This document shows positions 26,759 through 39,824 of a stretch of 64,000 nt of DNA, piece after piece (position 1 is the first letter of the stretch; every line of letters begins with the position of its first letter). This stretch comes from Octopus vulgaris (taxonomy: Eukaryota), in contig OX597840.1 of the NCBI GenBank assembly GCA_951406725.2, forward strand, positions 40,114,001 to 40,178,000, given 5' to 3'. Made by a program: the position numbers and the translations under genes. Under the pieces are notes generated by a model that saw only the letters and a program-made list of their open reading frames with translations, had not been told where the DNA came from and made no database searches.

Positions 26759-27582
26759 CATATATACGACAGGTTTCTTTCAGTTTCCGTCTACCAAATC
26801 CACTCACAAGGCATTGGTCGGCCCGGGACTATAGCAAAAGACACTTGCCCAAGATGCCACGCAGTGGGACTGAACCCGGAACCATGTGGTTGGTTATCGA
26901 GCTACTTACCACACAGCCACTCCTGCGCCTATACATTTTATTCTTATACATTATTCTTATAAATTTTATACGTTTATTCATTTAGTCATATACACTTTAT
27001 TCATCAGTCATATTCAACTTCATGAGTCATATATATTTTATTCTTATACATTATTCTTATAAATTTTATACATTTTATTCATCAGTCATATTCAACTTCA
27101 TCAGTCATATACATTTTATTCTTATACATTATTCTTATAAATTTTATACGTTTATTCATTTAGTCATATACATTTTATTCATCAGTCATATTCAACTTCA
27201 TCAGTCATATACATTTTATTCTTATACATTATTCTTATAAATTTTATACGTTTATTCATTTAGTCATATACATTTTATTCATCAGTCATATTCAACTTCA
27301 TCAGTCATATACATTTTATTCTTATACATTATTCTTATAAATTTTATACATTTATCCATTTAGTCATACATTTTATTCATCAGTCATATTCAACTTCATC
27401 AATCATATACATTATTCTTATAAATTTTATACATTTATTCATTTAGTCATATACACTTTATTCATCAGTCATATTCAACTTCATCAGTCATATTCAACTT
27501 CATCAGTCATATACATTTTATTCTTATACATTATTCTTATAAATTTTTTACATTTATTCATTTAGTCATATACATTTTATTT
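26307..27582. repeat. 100-bp minisatellite (~9 units), interrupted by SINE B
   Basis: Unit ATCAGTCATATTCAACTTCATCAGTCATATACATTTTATTC... recurs at 27081, 27181 and 27281 (exact 100-bp period), with shortened variants. Confidence 0.92.
26541..26930 (-). mobile_element. SINE family B, full length, inserted in the minisatellite
   Basis: Complete family consensus; the array resumes in phase (ATACATTTTATTC) after it. Confidence 0.9.
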
Positions 27583-27720
27583 TAGCGGTTCAGCAAAAGA
27601 GTCCGAAAGAATAAGAACTAGGCTTACGAAGAATAAGTCCTGGGGTCGATTTGCTCGACTAAAGGCTGTGCTCTAGCATGGCCACAGTCAAATAACTGAA
27701 ACAAGTAAAAGAGTAAAAGT
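27583..27720 (+). mobile_element. SINE family B 3' fragment
   Basis: TAGCGGTTCAGCAAAAGAG...CTGAAACAAGTAAAAGAG. Confidence 0.85.
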
Positions 27721-28390
27721 GTTTGACCAACTCGCTGCAAAAAGCCTACAATACATGACGAATACGACTGCAACAACAACAACAGCGATCATCATGTACG
27801 AAGTGAAACCATCCTTCTACTGACACCTCAAATTTTGTGGAACCAGAGCTTTTTCAACGGAAAGATAATGGAATCAATGCACCTGAGGTGAAGTCAAGAA
27901 TGTTACAAGACAAGCGCTTTGATAAAGTTTATGAGAAATCGCCAAATAAGACGCATCACATGATCAAATAAATGTTTTCATCGTCTATTAGGTGAAGTGC
28001 TCCATTTTGTAGCTTTCTTGAAAATATTAAACGATTCGCGAGCCAAACCATTAATCTGGAAATTGCTGTTAATAATTAGATGAGAGCCGTCAGAGAAATC
28101 GGAAATCCATTTTTCATCGTATACAAACGGTTCTATGGGGCTACATAATAGCAGTCATTGAAACCGGAAGAAGCAGTTGCAAATGATTGTAATCTGTCTT
28201 AATTTGATACATCGTTGCTTGGCTTCCTGAGTTAATTGTCGGCATTTTCACAATACATTTTGGATTATTGAAAAGCGTCTCTATTTTCTTTACACAGTCA
28301 TAAAAGCAAACACGTCCTCATTAGAGTCGCATTCATCTTGCTTTCTCCTGGCTACACTAGCATTTTCAAGACAAGGAAATACATCTTTAA

Positions 28391-28783
28391 CTAGCAGTAT
28401 CGCCCGGCGTTGCTCGGGTTTGTAAGGGAAATAACTACATAAGCATTTTTAGAGATGTAAAGTATAATAGCCATCTCATTATGGCTAACAACAAAGGGGG
28501 AAATGTTACTGTAGTTTTTACGTTCTGAGATTTAATAATAAATTTTTAGAGAGTTACTTCCCTTATATATGCCAAAAATGAATTAAAAATGGGAAAATTG
28601 ATGGTAATTTTTTTTTTTAAATCGTATACTCATCGTAGACGCGCGCTAATACCCAGAAGGGCTCAATATGAATCACGACTATAAGATACCCGGTTTTGGT
28701 TAAACTGCACCGCAAAATGTGGGAGTAGATAGGAATCTAAATCGTAGGAGACAGACACACAAATTGACTTTTATATATAAAGA
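28391..28783 (-). mobile_element. Non-autonomous Helitron, subfamily 1
   Basis: Minus strand A|TCTTTATATATAAAAG ... CCCGAGCAACGCCGGGCGATACTGCTAG|T: 5'-TC, 3'-CTAG, subterminal hairpin, A|T target, no TSD. Confidence 0.85.
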
Positions 28784-28991
28784 TATGATTTTCGGCTGCA
28801 TTTGCATCAACAGTATTCTGGCTATATGAAATTCCCTTTGCTGGTCTGAACGATATTTTTCGCAGCGAACAGAGGCGTCCATTGGCCTCAAACTCTATAT
28901 TTTCTTTTCGATGTCGGCAATCTTAATTTCTCGTACAGCCTAACAAATCAAGCGCAGACGTACTGATAATGTCGTTTATTTTTATAGTAGA

Positions 28992-29390
28992 CTGCAGTAT
29001 TGCCCGGCGTTGCTCGGGTTTGTAAGGGAAATAAATATATAAGTATTTTTAGAGAGTTATAGCCAAAAAATAGCCAAAAAAATGCATTAAAAATGGAAAA
29101 AAAAATTATGGTAATTTTTTTTTTAAATCGTTGACTCATCGTAGACATTTTTAGAGAGTTCCTTCCCTTATATAATAGCGAAAAAATGCATTAAACTGGA
29201 AAAAAATGATGGTAAATTATTTTTAAAATCGTAGACTCATCGTAGACCCGCGCTAATACCCAGAAGGGCTCGATATGAATCACGACTATAAGATACCCGC
29301 TTTTGATTACACTGCACCGCAAAATGTGGGAGTAGTTAGGAATCTAAATCGTAGGAGACAGACACACAACTTGACATTTATATATAAAGA
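28992..29390 (-). mobile_element. Non-autonomous Helitron, subfamily 1 (tandem-duplicated copy)
   Basis: Same termini (CTAG eroded) and body as 28391-28783, with an internal ~85-bp duplication. Confidence 0.8.
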
Positions 29391-30052
29391 TATCATTTTC
29401 GGCTACAATTGCATCAAAAGTATTCTGGCAATATGAAATTCCCTTTGCTGGTCTGAACGATATTTTTCGCAGCGAACAAAGACGTCCATTGATCTCAAAC
29501 TCTATATTTTTTTCTCGATGTCGGCAAACAAATCAAACGCAGACGAACTGATAATGTCGTCTGTTTTTATAGTAGATTTGATAACTTGTTGTGTATATAC
29601 GCCGATAATGTGGGATTAATCAAAATGCAGTTAATTGTTATGGCGGCCGAGATCATTTTTCACAACGATTAATTAGGCGTGTCACACTTAAAATAAATTC
29701 AATAATTCGTTCTTGTATTAACCTGGAAAATTTATCATCGATAAGAAGATCAGTATAATTAAATGTAGATTGTTTTATGGCAAGCGTTCGTAGAAGCAGG
29801 AGCAAAAATATAGCTGGCTCTTTAATGCTGGCCGAAGCACTGATACATTTTAGCTGAATGTTTATTGCTAAGTGTGTAGTAAACCTCTGAATTGGTTGGA
29901 AATAATAGTTTCTCTCTGAAGCATAAATTTATGGCCAAGATCAAGAAAGGTGCAAAGCTTTTTGTCTCACACTAATTCGTGTTGTTATGCATGATGCAAA
30001 GATATCTATTTCAATCGTATAGAGGAGACCCCCTTCGGTCATGAATGACCAC

Positions 30053-30140
30053 TAGTGTCGATGTAATCGACTTAATCACTTTGTTTGTCCTTGTTTGTCC
30101 CCTCTATGTTTAGCCCCTTGTGGGCAATAAAGAAATAAGA
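30053..30140 (+). mobile_element. SINE family A 3' fragment
   Basis: GTCGATGTAATCGACTTAATC...CCCCTTGTGGGCAATAAAGAAATAAG. Confidence 0.85.
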
Positions 30141-30659
30141 AACCTGCACCAATCACTCTTGCCGCCACTGTTATACGATCTTTATCTGCAACTGGTATAC
30201 CTGTGTGTTTTTGAAACCAATCCATCCATAAAGAATATTATCCACAGACGAATACCTCAGTTACTTTGCCCTTTCGCGTTACATCTACATTAGATATGAT
30301 ACACAAATAGATTTGTACATGTGATATTGTTTATTACAGCATGTAACAAGCTTTTAACTCGTGTATTCTTATAAACCCGATCGCGTAGAATAAGATTAAC
30401 ATATTCAAACGCCAACACGGCGGCAAAAGCAAGATTTTGATGTCATAGCAATATTTAACGCAAGATGCGTCATGAATAATCTAAGTGTTAAAACAGCGGT
30501 TTTTTACTTCTTTACCTTTGCGTGATTTCGGATTCAATCAGGCTTTCAAATTTTTGTTTATTCTTGTAATAAGTTTGTTGTTGATCTTCAAAATCTTGAT
30601 GGTGCAGCAAAATTTACAACAGACCAGTTGTGAAGAAAGACGGCATCGGCGCCGTGCAT

Positions 30660-31082
30660 ACTCTTACTCTTACTCTTTTACTTGTTTCAGTCATTTGACT
30701 GCGGCCATGCTGGAGCACTGCCTTTAGTCAAGCAAATCGACCTCAGGACTTATTCTTTGTAAGCCCAGTACTTATTCTATCGGTCTCTTTTGCCGAACCG
30801 CTAAGTAACGGGGACATAAACACACCAGCATCGGTTGTCAAGCAATGCTAGGGGGACAAACACAGACACACAAACATACACGCACACATATATATATATA
30901 TATATATATACATATATACGACGGGCTTCTTTCAGTTTCCATCTACCAAATCCACTCACAAGGCTTTGGTCGGCCCGAGGCTATAGTAGAAGACACTTGC
31001 CGAAGGTGCCACGCAGTGGGACTGAATCCAGAACCATGTGGCTTGTAAGCTAGCTACTTACCACACAGCCACTCTTGCGCCT
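30660..31082 (-). mobile_element. SINE family B, full length
   Basis: Complete family consensus. Confidence 0.9.
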
Positions 31083-31277
31083 ATCGTTATATTTTCGTCT
31101 TTTCATTGGCAAAGACTTTCCTTCATTTTTATCTACGATAGCCTTCTCAGCAAGCATGGTAATTTGTCTTACACACTGATCAAATAGTCTTATGATATAT
31201 CGCATCTCCGCAATTATATATTTATGTTGCAGCTCTTAAAGTCTCCTCTTCAAAGTTTAGTGGATTTTTATTAAATA

Positions 31278-31669
31278 CTAGCATTATCGCCCGGCGTTGC
31301 TCGAGTTTGTTTCAACCCTTTAGAATTGGAATTTTTGAAAAGTAAAAAAATTGCATTATGTAGCTTGTTATTCTCTTTAAGTGAACATTTTTCTGGTTGA
31401 AATATAACTAAAAATGGCGACACAGCAGTCAAAAAATCGTAAAAAATAGGGATTTTCATAGAAAAAAAGCAACTTTTTGATGTAAATAATTTTTGGTGTT
31501 AACATGGTCCGATATGAATTATTTCTTCTACGGAAGGAAGAGCAAGCCTTCTTCTATCATACTCTCAATTTTGGTCAACTTGCGCCGCAGGGTCTCGGAG
31601 GAGATAGTGTTAGTTGAAGGCTACAAAACCTGCCATACACAGACAACTTCAGCTTTATATATAGAGAGA
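31278..31669 (-). mobile_element. Non-autonomous Helitron, subfamily 2
   Basis: A|TCTCTCTATATATAAAG ... CTCGAGCAACGCCGGGCGATAATGCTAG|T. Termini as in subfamily 1; the interior differs. Confidence 0.8.
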
Positions 31670-31847
31670 TAGAATGTTTAATGATTTATGTTTCCGATCG
31701 GATCGTATAGAGGAGGTGCCTGAGGACTTTAGGCATTCTCTGGCTCCTAGGCCTAGTAGGTGGCAAAAATGGATTAATGGACATAGTCTATTAGTAGTTT
31801 GTTGGTGAGACAGCTTTGGTCGAATATATATTCGGCAATCTTGCCCA

Positions 31848-31950
31848 GGTGTTTTCGCTCAATAAACACTCACAACGCCCGGTCTGGAAATCGAAACCGC
31901 AATCCTACGACCGCGAGTCCGCTGCCCTAATCACTAGGTCATTGTGCCTC
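31848..31950 (-). mobile_element. SINE family C, 5' fragment
   Basis: Near-identical to 1772-1876. Confidence 0.88.
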
Positions 31951-32639
31951 CACGTGTATATACAGAAGGATATAGTTAATGTATTTTCACCAAGTGTAGC
32001 AGAAATACGCCAGGGACCTGCTCGAAGATTCGAGGAAGCGTTTCCAGCGCTTCGTAATAGAGTGTACTTTGACACAATAAACGGGAATTGAACAGATTAT
32101 TTTTTGTCTGTTCCCAAATGGCCCCTTCAAGGTACTGCAAACAAGTCCTCATATATGATTTTGGAAGGTAGTACCTTGATGAAGTTTTTCTGCAGCTGCA
32201 AGTAACATTTGTAAAATTTTCAACAGAAATCTTATACAATCGATATTGCCAGTCACATGAAGAATTTAAAGGCTTCACTTACTCTTTCGTTCAATATCTA
32301 AATACCCAGTAAACAAAAGAGCTACAGAAGCCCTAAAACCCCACAAGATGAGGCCGGAAATATCGATTGTGCCATATTCGTTGCCATATATGACTATTCC
32401 CCTGTTTTCGATTGTTCGATAGCAAAAGTATTTCGCTGGTGACATGATGTAATATGGCCGCCATGCATCCATGGCAAACACTACGCTTCATATTTACGAC
32501 GAATGCATACAGCTTTAAGATTTTCTTTTCGTTTTGTTTGTTTGTTTTTTTTTCATATCGAACTTATCCTCTTCGTAGTTTCTCGAATCCACAGCAATAT
32601 TTGTTCGCCACATTTTATCAAGCAACAATGAAAGTCGGC

Positions 32640-33185
32640 TCCCGGGCCGCATGGTTTCGGGTTCAGTCCCATTACGTGACAACTTCGGCAGCTGTCTTTT
32701 ATTATAACCCAGGGTCTTCAAAGCCTTGTGAGTCGATTTGGTAAACGGAAACTGAAAAGAAGCCCATCGTATATAAATGTGTGTGCGCTTATATATGTAT
32801 GTGTGTGTATATGTACGTGTGTATGTGTGTATGTTTGTGTGTCTTCGTTTCTGTGTTTGCTCCCCGCACCGTCATTTGACAACCGGTGTCGGCGTGTTTA
32901 CGGCCCCATAAATATCGGTTCGGCATGTGCGCTGATGTATGTATGTGTGTGTATATGTGCCTGTGTATGTGCCTGTGTATGTGTGTACATTAGCGTGTCT
33001 TAGTTTCTGTGTTTCCTCCTCGCATCATCATTTGACAACCGGTGTCGGCGTGTTTACGGCCCCATAAATATCGGTTCGGCAAAAGGGAACGATAAAATAA
33101 GTACCAGGCTTTAAAGAAAGTACTAAGGTCGATTCTTCATGATGATGCCCCAGCCTGGCCGCAGCCTAGTGACTGAAGCAAGTAG
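32640..33185 (+). mobile_element. Degenerate SINE B with an internal ~160-bp duplication
   Basis: Head GGTTTCGGGTTCAGTCCC; TCATTTGACAACCGGTGTCGGCGTGTTTACGGCCCCATAAATATCGGTTCGGCA twice; tail CCCAGCCTGGCCGCAG..GACTGAAGCAAG. Confidence 0.75.
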
Positions 33186-33451
33186 CGGATGGAAGATAAA
33201 TAATATATATATCTATATTGTTGAGTACATTCGTATGACTAAATCACATTGAAGAAGGATCGGAATTACTCGACGTGTAATATAGTTATGAAGCGTCGGT
33301 AGGGAACAAATGATGGACACTTGTGCTTGTCTCAATTCCTACGAGGTTTGATCTGTACATCGTAGTCTGAAGGACGATCATCTACGTGGAGCTCTAAACA
33401 TAATAGCACAAGTCGAACATCTAGCTGTGCACACTGGATGGTATATATATG

Positions 33452-33529
<78 letters not shown>

Positions 33530-33646
33530 TGTGTTTGTATGTTTGTGTGTGTGTATGAAGGTGTATATGTGTGTAAATTCATATATATATATAAGCGTAC
33601 TCGCACTTTTAGACGCACCTGCACGCATACACATATTTATGTATAC

Positions 33647-33715
<69 letters not shown>

Positions 33716-34045
33716 AATATATATACTTAGATAGGTGGATGTAAGCATGTGTATGTATATATATATATGAAGGTGTATATGTGTGTATATACATATATAT
33801 ATATAAGCGTACTGACACTTTTACACGCACCTGATATATGTATATGTATATATATACATGTATATATGTATGAATATATATATACATAGATTGGTAGATG
33901 TATGTGTGTGTGTGTACACATATATAAATATATATATATGGGAGATATAGAGAGATAGAGAGGGAAAATGAGTGAGAAGCACCACAGTTTGTCTCTGTGT
34001 GTGCATGTGTGCGTGAGTGAGCGCGCGCAAGTGTGTGTATGCCTC

Positions 34046-34083
<38 letters not shown>

Positions 34084-34464
34084 TGCGTGAGTGTGCGCAC
34101 GCACTCTGTTTATGCCACTGTGTGCCTCTGTGTGTGTGTGTGCGTGTGTGTGTGTTGTGTGTGTGTTGTGTGTGTGTCTGTGTGTGTGTCAGTGTGTCTG
34201 CCAGTGTCTACAAAACTTTTATTCCGAGGTGGGGACACAGCTGGACATAAGTGCCCGTGTCTTCGTGTTTTCAGAAGAAACTTTTTATTCTTGAAGCGCA
34301 GAAAAAAAAGCAAAATCAAAATTGCCAAAAAAAAAAAAAAATTGAAAAACAGAATTTTTTTGTTTTTTTTTTCTTGTAGATCAAACGCAAAATATTAGAT
34401 CAAATAATTCTTTCCCCTTCTTCCTCAGTTATTCACCTTCGACTGAAAATTTTCTAGTGAAGCA

Positions 34465-34625
34465 CAGTTGTGTGTGATTAAGAAATTCCTTTTAGATTTA
34501 CACGGTTTCGGGTTCAGCGACATTGTGCGGTACCTTGCCTAGGATACATGACTTCTCGTACAAGACCGAGCAATCCTGTGACTGTGCAAATTTGGTAGAC
34601 GGAAACTGTATGGAAGCCAGTCGTA
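34465..34625 (+). mobile_element. Degenerate SINE B 5' half
   Basis: CACGGTTTCGGGTTCAG...TTTGGTAGACGGAAACTG. Confidence 0.7.
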
Positions 34626-34634
34626 CATATACAT

Positions 34635-34677
<43 letters not shown>

Positions 34678-34679
<2 letters not shown>

Positions 34680-34867
34680 GTTAATCCAAACATGAAAACA
34701 AAAAGAGAAAACACAACAACGCGAGGACGTTGAACAAGTATAGTATTATTGGACGCACAGGAAAGAAGGAAAGAAGGAGGGTTCAACGTTTCGAGCGGAG
34801 CTCTTCGTCGGAAACATAGGAAAAAGAAAGATCCAAGAAAGGGAATACGGAGGGAAAATCGCCAACG

Positions 34868-34870
<3 letters not shown>
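34678..34870 (-). mobile_element. ~190-bp hammerhead-containing repeat (Penelope-pLTR/retrozyme-like); copy 2 at 53140-53330
   Basis: High similarity to 53140-53330. Hammerhead at 34781-34815: GTTT-CCGACGA-A-GAGC-TCC-GCTC-GAAAC-GTT-GAAC. Abuts (TA)n. Confidence 0.7.
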
Positions 34871-34908
<38 letters not shown>

Positions 34909-34941
34909 CATATATATACATACATACATATACATACATAC

Positions 34942-35003
<62 letters not shown>

Positions 35004-35148
35004 GTATGTGTGTGTATGTGTGTGATTCACTTCAATATTTAAATTTAATTTGTGTTAAAATAAATTTGTTGCTTTGTAACCGCGACCTGTTCACTGACGA
35101 AACAAAGCTTGAGAGAGGAAAGACAACGGTTATGCTATGAGCTTCATT

Positions 35149-35229
35149 ACCTTACAGCTGTTTCTGCAATAGGATGCAGTGGACTCTTAGTTAAGTGCCT
35201 CAATAACATGCTATAGCTTCATCGGAGCC
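35149..35229 (-). ncRNA. Hammerhead-like motif (U4 changed to C)
   Basis: GGCT-CCGATGA-A-GC-TATAG...CTATT-GC-A-GAAAC-AGCT-GTA-AG; palindromic stem III ACAGCTGT. Confidence 0.5.
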
Positions 35230-35299
35230 TTGAATATGAAGAAAAAGAATCACATATGTGCAATATACACAGGGATGACATTATGAGGGAGAACGTCAT

Positions 35300-35702
35300 T
35301 GTCTTTTAGTCTTTTACTTGTTTCAGTCATTTGACTGCGGCCATGCTGAAGCACCGCCTTTAGTCGAGGAAATCGACCCCCAGGACTTATTCTTTGTCAG
35401 CCTAGTACTTATTCTATCGGTCTATTTTGCCGAACCGCTAAGTTACGGTAACGTAAACACACCAGCATCAGTTGTCAAGTGATGTTGGGGAGACAAACAC
35501 AGACACACAAACATATACACACACATAAATATATATATACATATATACGACGGGCTTCTTTCAGTTTCCGTCTACCAAATCCACTCACAAGGCTTTGGTC
35601 GGCCCGAGGCTATAGTAGAAGACAATTGTCCAAGATGCCACGCAGTGGGACTGAACCCGGAACCATGTGGTTGGTAAGCAAGCTACTTACCACACAGCCA
35701 CA
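35300..35702 (-). mobile_element. SINE family B, near full length
   Basis: Family consensus. Confidence 0.9.
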
Positions 35703-36258
35703 ACTAGAAAAAAGTGATTACTCTAAGTGAAATAAATATGTGTGTATATAAATGTGCGTGTCTTTATGCTTGGCGATCCTGCACCCCACGGCTTGCAAAC
35801 CGATGTTGTTTTATTTACATCCTTGTATGTTAGTGGTTGTTAGATGTTCGACATAAAAGAACGACAGAATAACTGCCTGACTAAAAAAATAAATAAGTAC
35901 CGCTTTCGAAACAGTTCTATTCGATTTGTCTGATCTTGTTTTTTTCTTAAATGCTTTCTTGTAGCTGCGTATCAAACCTTTCATATTTACTTTATGAAAA
36001 AAACTTTCAATGATTTACCTCTCTTATAATTCATGTGTTTATTATTATCGTTATTAATATTAATATTATTATTATTATTATTATTTGTTGTTGTTGTGTG
36101 GACCCACCCCCCAGATGATGAAGTAGACTAGCCCAATACGTAGATATAGAGGGAGAAGTCTAGATGTGGGAGTAGTATTAGACAGAACATAGTAGTAGAG
36201 TCGAGTATAGTAGCAGTCGGAGTGTTGAGCATTAGAGGCATCCGAAAGTGCGACATAA

Positions 36259-36259
<1 letters not shown>

Positions 36260-36316
<57 letters not shown>

Positions 36317-36363
36317 GTTGCTGTTGTTGTTGTTGTTGTTGTTGTTGCTGTTGTTGTTGTTGT
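36260..36363. repeat. (TTA)n(TTG)n array
   Basis: Directly visible. Confidence 0.95.
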
Positions 36364-36792
36364 TCTACACCAAAAACGCACGTGCACTCACACATATACA
36401 CACACGCACATAGGCACATAAACGTATACCGTTATATATGCACGCGGATGTGCGCATGTCTGAGTGTGTCCGTGTGGCAAGATGTCAGCTTTCCAATCAC
36501 ATGATTCCTGGTTCATTTCCACGCGTTGGTACCTAAGAACTGTGTCTTCTACTTTTGGCAATATTTTCTGTTGCTCTCCAAGATTTCAATTTAATGAATA
36601 AATTTAAAGATTCATGAAGAATTATTTCTATTATTCAAATTTAATTTTTGTAGCTTTACTAAAGAAACAATGAAACAGTTCCTATAACATACGCGTAAGT
36701 ATATGTATAAATATATATTTATACATATATACACACACACACATATATATTTACATACATATAACCATATATAAGCACACAAATATGTATCA

Positions 36793-36840
<48 letters not shown>

Positions 36841-36851
36841 GTATATATGTA

Positions 36852-36884
<33 letters not shown>

Positions 36885-36964
36885 GAATGTATTATATATA
36901 TGTATGTATATATATATATATATACATACATACATACATATATATACATACATACATACATACA

Positions 36965-37024
<60 letters not shown>

Positions 37025-37231
37025 TATAAACATCACGGTCACATCGTACTAAATAATTCATATAGAATCATATAAACGATTGCAATATATATTCTAGCGC
37101 TACTTTCCTTACTGCGGAAGCATTATACCATACACACACACACACACACACATATTTATGTGCATTCATCAATACATACACATATATACATACATAATTT
37201 CATTCACACATACATCTATATTGACACAGGA

Positions 37232-37284
<53 letters not shown>

Positions 37285-37287
37285 TAA

Positions 37288-37335
<48 letters not shown>

Positions 37336-37336
37336 G

Positions 37337-37375
<39 letters not shown>

Positions 37376-37571
37376 GAACAGAGAAATATAAAAGTATGGA
37401 CATGTGCATAATTAAATTCATAAATTCATAAATGCCTGCATGCAAACGTCATACAAGAGAACCTACGGACATACACATGCATATTTATGTATGCATCCAT
37501 ACACACATATCTGTATGTATATATATACGTATACATATATATATATAAATATATACATATATGAATATATA

Positions 37572-37632
<61 letters not shown>

Positions 37633-37747
37633 ACATATATGTGTGTATGCATAAATACGACCATATATATTTGCATGCCCGTATGCCTAAATGCATATAT
37701 ACCGCCACGTATACATACATGCATCTAACATTCACTGCTATATACTG

Positions 37748-37821
<74 letters not shown>

Positions 37822-37831
37822 GTATATATAC

Positions 37832-37890
<59 letters not shown>

Positions 37891-38666
37891 CACACATACA
37901 TATTTATATATACTATATTCATGCACCCAGATACATGTTTACATGTGTCCATGCAGAAATTATATACTTGCATACATAAACGTAAAAATTCAGAAATATG
38001 AGTGTACATACTTATTTGCTCACGTACATTTGTACACACGTAAATAAATGCATACATACACTCGTATACATACATATATACATACATACACACGTGCATG
38101 TACGCACATATATACACATATATACCTGTATGCGTGATATTAGATGCTCAGCAGTTTCCATTGTCTCTTCCTCTTTTGTCATTAGATAAATATTCATATG
38201 TTCACGAAAACTCTACAGGGTTTCCATATTAATTCCATGCCTACGTTTTGCGAAATTCGAATCGACACAACTCTTCAATTCCATGCAATAGACTTGACTA
38301 AAACAATGGAAGATATGCAAGTCGTCTGCAAGAAACCGAGCAAATGAAAAAAATATACATCCGAAATAACAGACTAATAAATATTTGACATGAACAATGT
38401 GACAGGTAAGAAGTATAAACGCAATGTATACTTATTACCAATATTGAAAATACATTCATATATAAGTATATATACGTATATATATAATTGTGCGTGTGCG
38501 TATTTGTATTTGGGTGTATTATATATATATATATATACATATATATGTGTATATAATATATACATGCATATATATGCATACGTAAGTATATATATTTATA
38601 TATACACATACATGTACATATTCGTAAAGATAAATATATATATATATATATAGATATATATATATA

Positions 38667-38895
38667 TCATTTGAGGGAATAAAATCCAAACTTACAAGGA
38701 AAAAGAATTCAATTTAGAAATACTAAATCAAATTCCACACAATAAAATATATATAAGATATTAGAAAAAAAAACCTTTTATCAATTCAAAATGAATAATT
38801 AAATTACACCATCTAGAAAATTACATATAATAGAAAAGTAAAAATTAAGATAACAATTAAAAAGTAAAGATTAAGTAAATTACAAGAATAATATC
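38667..38895. repeat. AT-rich interspersed repeat (family of 4160-4432)
   Basis: Reverse-complement homology to 4160-4432. Confidence 0.8.
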
Positions 38896-39026
38896 TATAT
38901 ATTTATGCATATATACATGTGTATATATATATATATAAATTGGTAAAAACGGTAACATAACAAAAGAAAGAAAGGGACCTCAATATTATGTAAATAGAGG
39001 AAATTTTTCTGTAAAATCATATCTGG

Positions 39027-39093
39027 CGAGATAACCGAAGAGATGGTGTTGTGGATTTCCACCTCGGCATCCGAAACTCAGAGTTTTATCTTG
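39027..39093 (+). ncRNA. Type I hammerhead motif (U4 changed to C)
   Basis: CGAGATAA-CCGAAGA-GATG...CATC-C-GAAAC-TCAGA-GTT-TTATCTTG; 8-bp stem I. A decayed paralogue lies at ~40416-40445. Confidence 0.6.
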
Positions 39094-39115
39094 GCTTTGA
39101 ATAAATGTCACATAT

Positions 39116-39167
<52 letters not shown>

Positions 39168-39430
39168 CTCTGAGTTCAGTCCCACTGCGTGGCACCTTGG
39201 GCAAGTGCCTTCTATTATAGACTCAAGCCGACCAAAGACTTGTATGTGGATTTGGTACACGGAAACTGAAATGTTGGTGTTTTTACGCCCCCGTAACTTA
39301 GCGATTCGGCAAATGGGCCCGATAGCCTGAGTACTAGGCTTACAAAGATTATGTCCTGGCTCCGATTTGCTCGACTAAAGGCGGTACTCCAGCATGGACG
39401 CAGGCAAATTACTGAAACAAGTGAAAGAAT
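39168..39430 (+). mobile_element. SINE family B with internal deletion
   Basis: GAGTTCAGTCCCACTGCGTGGCACCTTGGGCAAG...CTGAAACAAGTG. Confidence 0.85.
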
Positions 39431-39442
39431 ATACGAATATAA

Positions 39443-39505
<63 letters not shown>

Positions 39506-39553
39506 TGCATGTATATATCTAAATATATACATAAATACATATATATATATATT

Positions 39554-39614
<61 letters not shown>

Positions 39615-39627
39615 AAGAGATAGATAC

Positions 39628-39675
<48 letters not shown>

Positions 39676-39782
39676 GTAGATAGATATATGTGCATATATA
39701 TATATATATATATAGATATACAGGTATGTGTGTATATATAAATATATATAAATAAAAATATGTATATATATATATATATGTG

Positions 39783-39824
<42 letters not shown>

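Noticed and set aside
29583-29680. YADN motif suggesting another RT relic
   Set aside because: A single short motif without supporting neighbouring RT domains.
32100-32400. Possible Tc1/mariner C-terminal relic on the minus strand
   Set aside because: Too degenerate; no clear catalytic motif or TIR.
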